From Acidobacteriaceae bacterium (lineage in GTDB: Bacteria > Acidobacteriota > Terriglobia > Terriglobales > Acidobacteriaceae): 24,147 nucleotides of DNA. A program made the translations under genes and the position numbers. Below the pieces are notes generated by a model that was not told the origin of the DNA, searched no databases, and saw only the letters and a list, made by a program, of their open reading frames with translations. The stretch is taken from positions 1-24,147 of the forward strand of contig DASSKX010000344.1 in the NCBI GenBank assembly GCA_035689925.1. The letters run 5' to 3'. Positions 7,811 through 16,032 of this stretch are shown here, piece by piece; positions within the stretch are counted from its first letter, which is position 1, and each line of letters opens with the position of its first letter.

Positions 7811-9184
7811 CTAACCGCGCGCGGCTTCCCCAAAGAAGCGGATGACCGACTCGATGCCGCGATGGAAGTTGGGGATGTGGAACTTCTCGTTCGGCGCGTG
7901 CAGCCCGTCATCGGGAAGGCCGAAGCCCATCATCACCGAGGGAATCTTCAGGTTGCGTTCGAAGTCGCCGACGATCGGAATCGATCCACCGGAGCGGATA
8001 AAGACGGTGTCCTTGTTCCAGACCGTCTTCATCGCGCGCGTCGCGGCCCGAATCCAGGGATTGTCTGTCGGGATCAGCGACGCCTCCCCGGAATGAATCA
8101 GGCGCACGTCGACCGAGACGCCCTCGGGACACAGTGACTGCACATATTCGCTGAACTGGCGAAACGCGGTCTGCGGCTTCATCTTCGGAACCAGGCGCAT
8201 CGAGATTTTGGCCGTCGCCTTGGCCGGAATAACCGTCTTGGCGCCCGCGCCAGTGAATCCGCCGACGATGCCGTGGACGTCGAGCGTGGGGCGCGCCCAG
8301 GTGCGCTCGAGGACGGAGTAGCCCTTTTCGCCGACTAGTTTGCTGGCGCCCACCTCGGCGGTTCGGTACTCCTCCTCGTTGAAGGGCAGGTTCTTCCAGG
8401 CTTTCAGCTCTGCCTCCGACGGCTTCTGCACGTCGGCGTAGAAACCAGGAATCAGGATACGGCCGTCACGGTCCCGGAGCCCGGCGATGATGTGGGCCAG
8501 CGCGATGAACGGATTCGGAGCCGCGCCGCCGTACATCCCGGAGTGCAGGTCGGTCTTCGCGCCGCGGACTTCGACTTCGGTGTAGATCATGCCGCGCAGC
8601 CCCACGCAGAGGGTGGGCAGTTCCGGAGCGAACATCTCGGTGTCGGAGATGAGCGCAAAATCAGCCTTCAGGCGCTCCGGGTGCTCGCGGACGAAGGCTT
8701 CGATCTGCTCGCCGCCGACTTCCTCCTCGCCCTCGTAGATCACGCGGATGTTGATCGGCAGCTTGCCGTCATGGGTCTTCAGGATCGACTCGAGGGCTTT
8801 GAGCTGGGTCACGAGCTGCCCTTTGTCGTCCACGGCCCCGCGCGCGTACAGGTTCTGGTTTCGCTCCGTCGGCTCGAATGGCGGCGTAACCCACTCGTCG
8901 AGCGGATCGGGCGGCTGCACATCGTAGTGCGCATAGCAGAGGCAGGTGGGCTTGCCGGGCACGCGAAGCCAGTCGGCGTAGACGAGCGGGTGCCCGGACC
9001 CCCGGATGACCTCAACGTGCTCCATCCCGATGCGGCGCAGGTCGGCAGCCACCCACTCGGCGGCCGCTTCGACATCTTTCTTGTGCTCGGGCAGGGTGGA
9101 GACGGAGGGGATGCGGAGCAGGGCTTTCAGGTCGTCGAGGAAACGCGCGGCATTCTCCCGCGCGTACGCAACAGCAGCATCCAT
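7811..9184 (-). CDS. M20/M25/M40 family metallo-dipeptidase
   Basis: ATG 9184 after GAGG; YAHYDVQP, LYARGAVDDKGQ, YEGEEEVGG, DLHSGMYGG, GGSIP, HAPNEKF metal-ligand motifs. Confidence 0.92.
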   Translation of the reverse strand: MDAAVAYARENAARFLDDLKALLRIPSVSTLPEHKKDVEAAAEWVAADLRRIGMEHVEVIRGSGHPLVYADWLRVPGKPTCLCYAHYDVQPPDPLDEWVTPPFEPTERNQNLYARGAVDDKGQLVTQLKALESILKTHDGKLPINIRVIYEGEEEVGGEQIEAFVREHPERLKADFALISDTEMFAPELPTLCVGLRGMIYTEVEVRGAKTDLHSGMYGGAAPNPFIALAHIIAGLRDRDGRILIPGFYADVQKPSEAELKAWKNLPFNEEEYRTAEVGASKLVGEKGYSVLERTWARPTLDVHGIVGGFTGAGAKTVIPAKATAKISMRLVPKMKPQTAFRQFSEYVQSLCPEGVSVDVRLIHSGEASLIPTDNPWIRAATRAMKTVWNKDTVFIRSGGSIPIVGDFERNLKIPSVMMGFGLPDDGLHAPNEKFHIPNFHRGIESVIRFFGEAARG

Positions 9185-9215
9185 GAACGGCACCTCAGGC
9201 GCAATGCAAACGTTG

Positions 9216-9262
9216 AGTATACGGCAGGGGTGACGGGGAGATTTTTCAGGCTTTTCTATACT
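9216..9262. promoter_or_regulatory. Back-to-back -10 hexamers (TATACT on each strand) for dipeptidase and TA operon
   Basis: AGTATA 9216-9221 (TATACT on minus) and TATACT 9257-9262 (plus) within the 89-bp divergent gap; no clear -35. Confidence 0.45.
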
Positions 9263-9273
9263 GGAGGCGGCAC

Positions 9274-9564
9274 ATGAGACCCTCGGAAGCACTCGCTCGC
9301 CATCGTGATGAAATTCGCCGCATCGTCTCCGCGAATCGGAGCGCCAACCCCCGTGTGTTCGGATCAGTCCTGCGGGGCGAGGACGAGGAAGGCAGCGATC
9401 TCGATTTGCTTGTCGATCCAACTCCGGAGACAAGCCTCATGGACGTCGCCCGGATCCAGGGTGATCTGGAAGTGCTGCTGGGAATTTCAGTGGATGTCCT
9501 CACCCCGTTGAGCCTGCCGGAATCGTACCGTAGTCGCGTGCTGGCTGAGGCCGCACCGGTATGA
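9274..9564 (+). CDS. mntA: Minimal nucleotidyltransferase (MNT) antitoxin, MntA-like
   Basis: GSVLRGEDEEGSDLDLLV = G-S-x10-D-x-D; 96 aa; SD GGAGG; ATGA overlap with the next gene. Confidence 0.9.
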   Translation: MRPSEALARHRDEIRRIVSANRSANPRVFGSVLRGEDEEGSDLDLLVDPTPETSLMDVARIQGDLEVLLGISVDVLTPLSLPESYRSRVLAEAAPV

Positions 9565-9923
9565 AGAACGACCCAGCACGAACGCCTGTATTTCTCAGGC
9601 ACATCCTTGAAGCCATTACACGTATTTCCGATTACACGCAGGGCATGAGCGCTGAGGATTTCGCGCGCAATCTGCTGGTCCAGGATGCGGTGATTCGGAA
9701 TATCGAGATCATGGGTGAGGCGGCCCGGAATATTGAGGTGCTGGACCCATCATTCGCGGCCAAGCACCCCGAAATTCCGCTTCGCGACGTATACCTGATG
9801 CGCAACCGTGTGGCGCACGGCTATTTCAGCGTTGACGTTGCGATCGTCTGGAATAGCGTCGAGACGGAGATTCCGGAGTTGGAGCGACTGATCAGGCAGG
9901 TCCTGCAGGCCGACTATCCGTAG
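9561..9923 (+). CDS. hepT: HEPN (DUF86) RNase toxin, HepT-like
   Basis: QDAVIRNIEIMGEAA and RNRVAHGY (R-x4-H-x-Y, 9801-9824); translationally coupled to the MNT gene. Confidence 0.9.
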   Translation: MKNDPARTPVFLRHILEAITRISDYTQGMSAEDFARNLLVQDAVIRNIEIMGEAARNIEVLDPSFAAKHPEIPLRDVYLMRNRVAHGYFSVDVAIVWNSVETEIPELERLIRQVLQADYP

Positions 9924-9925
9924 GC

Positions 9926-10423
9926 TTACGCCACCTGCGCGATCATCGCCGGCGGCTTGCGCCGAAAAATCCAGAGAATCGCCAGCAGCGCCAGGTGGGC
10001 AACGACGGCGCCGCAGCAGTCCAGAACAACGTCGCGGGCGGAGCTGGTTCGGCCGGGAAGAAAGCTCTGGTGCCATTCGTCCCAGCTTGCCAGGACCAGG
10101 GTACAGAGGAGCGCCAGGCTGGCCGATTGCCGGAACCGCGTCGTCCAGTCCCGGATCCGCTGCAGCAGGGTCGAGGCCCAGCCGTAATAAAAGGTAAGGC
10201 TGATGGTGCCGTAGCCGGCAAAGTGGCCGCATTTGCGAAGGTAATGGTGGATCACTGCCCAGCGGGCCGGGGTGACAGGGCCAAACAGGTGCACCCAGAT
10301 GGGATAAAGCCAGCGGCTGGTATTCGACGCCGACATCGTCAGAGTGGACTCTCCAAAAATGATCCCAATCCCAATCAGGGCGGGAATCCAGTGGAGAAAC
10401 ATCTGCATCCGAGAACTTCGCAT
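9926..10423 (-). CDS. VanZ-family membrane protein
   Basis: LRKCGHFAGYG and ASWDEWHQSFLPGRTSSARDVVLDCCG, typical VanZ motifs; start uncertain (10423, 10408 or 10402); perfect TATAAT on minus strand at 10458-10463. Confidence 0.85.
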   Translation of the reverse strand: MRSSRMQMFLHWIPALIGIGIIFGESTLTMSASNTSRWLYPIWVHLFGPVTPARWAVIHHYLRKCGHFAGYGTISLTFYYGWASTLLQRIRDWTTRFRQSASLALLCTLVLASWDEWHQSFLPGRTSSARDVVLDCCGAVVAHLALLAILWIFRRKPPAMIAQVA

Positions 10424-10554
10424 TCGCCTTCCGGACAAGAATCAGGTACCAGCCCCAATTATAGGGCGAGGACGGAAGCGGAACTCGCCGGCGGTTTGCG
10501 ATGCCGCTCTACCGTGATAAAACAAACCGTGATCTCACCTTTTGGAACGAACGC

Positions 10555-11952
<1,398 letters not shown>

Positions 11953-12090
11953 GGTCGGCGGCGCAGCGATTGTGGTTCAATAGCCATTCAGGCCTGCTGG
12001 ATCCGGGCCCTGCTGCCCTCGCTGTCTTTCTGCCCTATGGTCTTTTATAACTGAGCTCGGTAAGCAGGCTCAGAGCACCGATAAGGATCC

Positions 12091-14109
12091 ATGCGGCTGA
12101 AGACCAAACTCGTCCTTGCGATCACCAGCCTTGTCCTGGTTGTGGTGGTGGTCTTCTCGTGGATCTGGATGAGTTGGCTGCTGCAGCAGCACATCGAACA
12201 ATCCTTCACCGCAATCGATACCCTGGCCCATCAGGTGGCCAACGATGTCACCCGCGCGCTCGACACGGGCCTGAAGGGGCGCCAGTTCGATCCGCACGAT
12301 CCGGCGGCGGTGCGGCAGGCGGTCGCCGAGACGCTGCGCGAGAACCCCGACGTCGTCTACCGGCTCAACTCCATCGTTGAATACTCGCCGACCGTGCTGG
12401 ACGTCTCGATCGCCGACCACAACGGCCGTTCCCTGATCAGCGCGCCCGATGCGACGCAGGACGATCAGGTGCTGCCGGGCCGCCCCGACTTCGCCAGTCT
12501 GCGCAAGCAGTCGCTGATCACTACGCTGCGCATCGTCTTCGGTCGCCCGCAGGTGTACAACGTCACGCTGGGTCTGGACCTGAACAACCAGCCCTTCCTG
12601 ACCATTCGCATCGGCATCCGCACCACGTTCTTGCAGAATGCGCTGCGCCCGTGGCTGATCAAGTCCGGATGGTTCATCGGGCTGGCAATGCTGATCTCGA
12701 TTGTCGTCGCGGCGCTGCTGGCCAATCTGGCGCTGCAGCCGATTGAGGAGATCAGCAAACGGCTCGATTTGCTGACCACGCAGGAAGCCCTGGCCGAGGC
12801 GCAAAGCACCGGGGATCTGGCGCCGCCGGAACCCGCCGCCGAGCCCGCAGGAACGCTGGCCGCCCTGACGGAACCGATCCTCGGCCGTGGCGACGACGCT
12901 GTGGCCAAGGTCTCCGGCAAGATCGAGCGACTCGGCCAGCGTATCCGCAACGTCGAGGAGGTCTTCAGCGCGCTGCGAGAGAACCTCGACCAGATCCTTT
13001 CGAATCTGCAGGACGGCATGATGCTCTTCACCCGCGATGCGCGCGCGGTGCTGGTCTCCAGCTCGGTGGAACGTTTTCTGAACATCAGCCGCGATCGCAT
13101 CTTCGGAGCCGAGGTGCGGGAGATCTTCGACCGCAGCACGCGCCTCGGCCGGACGGTGCGGGATGCCTTCGAAGGCGGCATGTCGATCGTGCAGGAAGAG
13201 GTGACCACGGAGACGGGGCGGCGCGTCGAGGTCTCGCTCGACTTCATCCACGACACGCACTCGCGGGACCGGCACGCACTGGGCGCGCTGCTCACCTTCC
13301 ACGACCTCGAGTCGGTGCGGGAGATCGAGTCGGAGCTGGAAGTCTCCCGGCGCATGGCCGCCATCGGCCGCCTCACCGCGGGCGTCGGCCACGAGGTGAA
13401 GAACCCCATCAACGCCATCGTCGTGCATCTGGAGCTGCTGCGGAACAAGATGCAGGCGGGCGACGACGCCACGCGCCACCTGGACATCATCCAGAGCGAG
13501 ATCCGGCGGCTCGACCGCGTGGTGCAGACGCTGGTCGACTTCTCGCGCCCGGTCGAGCTGCAGCTGACCGACTGCGATCTGCGCGAGGTCGTCTCCAGCG
13601 TGATGTCCCTGGCCTCGGCGGAGATGGAAATGCGCGGCATCCGCGTGGAGACCAGCATGCCGGAGCGGCCGGTGCTGTGCCGCCTGGACACTGACCTGCT
13701 CAAGCAGGCGCTGCTGAACGTGGTGCTGAACGGGGCCCAGGCGATGGCGACCGGCGGACTGCTCGAGGTGAACCTGCTGCTGGGATCGAAGTGGGCCTCC
13801 ATCCGCGTGCGGGACCACGGCACGGGCATTCCCGATGAGATACGGCCGCGCATTTTCGACCTGTACTTCACGACCAAGAAGGAAGGCAGCGGCATCGGGT
13901 TGGCGATGACCTACCGTATCCTGCAGCTGCATCATGGCCTCATTGACGTAGAATCGAAGCCTGGGAGCGGAACTTCATTCGTACTGCGGCTCCCGCTGAT
14001 TTCTGCCGGTTCGGGACCACGGATCGCTCCGGAGCTGCCGGAGCACGCAGTCCCCGGCGAGCTTGCTCGCCAGGGCGGTGACGCCCAGCCAGAAAGGTCC
14101 GGACCATGA
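12091..14109 (+). CDS. Membrane sensor histidine kinase (TM-periplasmic-TM-HAMP-PAS-HisKA-HATPase)
   Basis: Two TM helices, PAS-like LDQILSNLQDGMMLF, H-box GHEVKNPINAI, N-box LNVVLNGAQA, G1 DHGTGI, F-box IFDLYFTTK, G2 GSGIGL. Confidence 0.93.
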   Translation: MRLKTKLVLAITSLVLVVVVVFSWIWMSWLLQQHIEQSFTAIDTLAHQVANDVTRALDTGLKGRQFDPHDPAAVRQAVAETLRENPDVVYRLNSIVEYSPTVLDVSIADHNGRSLISAPDATQDDQVLPGRPDFASLRKQSLITTLRIVFGRPQVYNVTLGLDLNNQPFLTIRIGIRTTFLQNALRPWLIKSGWFIGLAMLISIVVAALLANLALQPIEEISKRLDLLTTQEALAEAQSTGDLAPPEPAAEPAGTLAALTEPILGRGDDAVAKVSGKIERLGQRIRNVEEVFSALRENLDQILSNLQDGMMLFTRDARAVLVSSSVERFLNISRDRIFGAEVREIFDRSTRLGRTVRDAFEGGMSIVQEEVTTETGRRVEVSLDFIHDTHSRDRHALGALLTFHDLESVREIESELEVSRRMAAIGRLTAGVGHEVKNPINAIVVHLELLRNKMQAGDDATRHLDIIQSEIRRLDRVVQTLVDFSRPVELQLTDCDLREVVSSVMSLASAEMEMRGIRVETSMPERPVLCRLDTDLLKQALLNVVLNGAQAMATGGLLEVNLLLGSKWASIRVRDHGTGIPDEIRPRIFDLYFTTKKEGSGIGLAMTYRILQLHHGLIDVESKPGSGTSFVLRLPLISAGSGPRIAPELPEHAVPGELARQGGDAQPERSGP

Positions 14110-14738
14110 GATCCGGGTGGAGGATTGCGGCGTTTGGGTTGTTGCTCGCCATGGTGGCGGGCTGTAACCATCCGCTGCTGCGGACGCAGAGGACCATACC
14201 CCCGCCTCCTCCGCAGACCGAGCCCTCGAAACCTCCGACGCAAATGGCTGAACTGATGCCCGCGATGCCGGAGCTGCCGGTCGTCGTGGACGAACGGCCC
14301 ATCCGTCTCGATGCCTCAGTGCCCGAGCAGCAAGCGCCTCCGCCGCCCGCGGAACATCGCCGGATCCTGCGCCGCAAGCCGCACAACACAACGCCCGAAC
14401 CGGCGCAGGAGACCGCCAAAGCGCCCACTCCGGCTCCGCCGAATCCCGCGGTCGCCAGCGGTCCGCCACCGGACGAATCGCCGATCGGCCAGCTGTCGCC
14501 GGCGACCAGCAACGCCAATACCGCCGACCGCCAGGCGCTCACCGATGAGCTGAACACCACCGAGAAGACGCTGAACGGCATTCATCGTTCGCTCAGCTCG
14601 GAGGAGCGCAAGACCGCGGAGCTGATCCGCACCTTCATCGGCAAGGCGCGGCAGGCGCTGAAAACCGACGACCTGGACGGGGCGAAGAACTACTCGACGA
14701 AGGCAAAGATCCTGCTCGACGAACTGGTCAAGTCCTAA
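14106..14738 (+). CDS. Pro-rich lipoprotein with C-terminal helical domain, function unknown
   Basis: ATGA overlap with the kinase stop; lipobox VAG-C20; long Pro-rich linker; amphipathic helices at the C-terminus. Confidence 0.8.
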   Translation: MRSGWRIAAFGLLLAMVAGCNHPLLRTQRTIPPPPPQTEPSKPPTQMAELMPAMPELPVVVDERPIRLDASVPEQQAPPPPAEHRRILRRKPHNTTPEPAQETAKAPTPAPPNPAVASGPPPDESPIGQLSPATSNANTADRQALTDELNTTEKTLNGIHRSLSSEERKTAELIRTFIGKARQALKTDDLDGAKNYSTKAKILLDELVKS

Positions 14739-14739
14739 G

Positions 14740-14967
14740 TGCCCCCCCGGGGGTCACCCGGGATGGCAGCGCTTAAACATTTCATTCCGCAGTGTTTCTC
14801 GCCGGGAGGGTGACCTGCTGGAACCACGGCGGCAAACGCGCAAGCACTTGAAACGAAAGTGCCTGCTCTCAAGCACTCTGTTTGCAAATGCTTTCGCCTT
14901 CATCTCGGGCGGCTCTCCTGAAAGAGAAAAGGCTCAGCCGCAGGGCTGAGCCTTTTTCTTCCTATCT
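14740..14967 (-). ncRNA. Candidate structured non-coding RNA (3' part resembles, from memory, the Acido-Lenti-1 motif)
   Basis: Four stems in a row, with G-U wobbles that work only on the minus strand (14840-14866, 14871-14893), an 8-bp closing stem GGTCACCC/GGGTGACC (14752-14759/14808-14815), and an upstream extended -10. Family identity not verified. Confidence 0.45.
14921..14960. terminator. Bidirectional terminator-type hairpin
   Basis: 13-bp perfect stem AAAAGGCTCAGCC-gcag-GGCTGAGCCTTTT with pyrimidine tracts on both strands, between the convergent kinase operon and nadK. Confidence 0.75.
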
Positions 14968-14973
14968 ATATTC

Positions 14974-14982
14974 AGAATACCA
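14974..14982 (-). promoter_or_regulatory. Extended -10 promoter candidate TGGTATTCT
   Basis: TG-n-TATTCT followed by GAAT; 11/13 identical to the candidate promoter at 21735-21747. Confidence 0.5.
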
Positions 14983-15057
14983 AAGCGGAGTACAGAATCG
15001 TCTCAACTTTCCTGGGGTACACGCTGCCGGCGAAGCGGTTCCGCATCGCTCGCGGCG

Positions 15058-15915
15058 CTAGCGCTCGCCCCACTTCAGCTTCGACCGCAGGACATCGAAG
15101 AAGCCGTTGTTGCCGAGGCGCACCAGCTTCACGCAATAATCGGAGCGGCGGCAGCGCAGCTCATCGTCGATGCGCAGCTGGATGGCTTCCTGGCCATCGA
15201 CGGTGAGGTAGGTCTGTTCAGGGACGGCTTCGATCCGCACCAAAATCTTTGAGGTGCCGGGCACGACGATCGGCCGCAGCGTGAGCTGGTGCGGACAGAT
15301 CGGCGTAACGATGTGCGTATCCACGCCGGGCACGACGACGGGGCCGCCCGCTGCGAGCGAATAGGCCGTGGAGCCGGTGGGCGTCGAGACGATGATGCCG
15401 TCGGCACGGAAGCTGGCGGCCAGCTGGTCGTCGACTTCCACGCTGAACTGGCCCATGCGGGCGATGGCGCCCTTGGCGACCACAACGTCGTTGAGGACGT
15501 CGTGCTCGCGATACAGTTTGCCGCCGCGCCAGAGTTCCATGTGCAGCATGGCGCGCGATTCGGTGGTGCAGCACTTCGACGTCCACGCCTCGAGATGGGT
15601 GTAGAGATCGGCGAGGCGAACTTCGGTGAGGAATCCGAGAGCGCCGAGGTTGACGCTGAGGATGGGAACGCCACTCTTCGCGAAGACGCGGGCGGCCGCC
15701 AGCAGCGTACCGTCTCCGCCGAGCACGATGACCAGCTCCGGATTGAAGGCCGCCATATCCGGACGCGGGGCGACGTCCTCGTCCAGCACGTAGGTGGCGC
15801 TCACCGGATCGAGCAGCGGATGGTAACCGTGGCCCTTGAGCCAGAGCACCAGCTCCGGCAAGGTCTGCCGCAGTTCCTCTTTTTGTGGTTTGGAGATGAT
15901 GGCGACGCGCGGCAT
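15058..15915 (-). CDS. nadK: NAD(+) kinase
   Basis: GGDGTLL, VNLGALGFL, LNDVVV, DGIIVSTPTGSTAYSLAAGGP; start 15915 preferred (TACACT 7 nt upstream), 15921 alternative. Confidence 0.95.
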   Translation of the reverse strand: MPRVAIISKPQKEELRQTLPELVLWLKGHGYHPLLDPVSATYVLDEDVAPRPDMAAFNPELVIVLGGDGTLLAAARVFAKSGVPILSVNLGALGFLTEVRLADLYTHLEAWTSKCCTTESRAMLHMELWRGGKLYREHDVLNDVVVAKGAIARMGQFSVEVDDQLAASFRADGIIVSTPTGSTAYSLAAGGPVVVPGVDTHIVTPICPHQLTLRPIVVPGTSKILVRIEAVPEQTYLTVDGQEAIQLRIDDELRCRRSDYCVKLVRLGNNGFFDVLRSKLKWGER

Positions 15916-16032
15916 GAGCATCAGTGTAACGCCCGGGGGAACGAGGCGAGATAGAAGCGCGGAGGAGTTCGCCTCGGCTGGAGACGGATGGAAGTAATCG
16001 CGACGCGCGGAACGTCGGCCCGACCTGCGGCC

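Noticed and set aside
9185-9930. Possible mobile element carrying the TA pair
   Set aside because: No terminal inverted repeats, target-site duplication, transposase or integrase were visible.
12070-13935. 621-aa antisense ORF (also 10459-11844, 12465-13895, 2985-4169, 20237-21535, 21756-23141, 17383-18798, 5645-6589, 19064-20221)
   Set aside because: Shadow ORFs opposite well-supported genes. High GC and codon bias suppress stops on the reverse strand, and the translations have no recognisable motifs.
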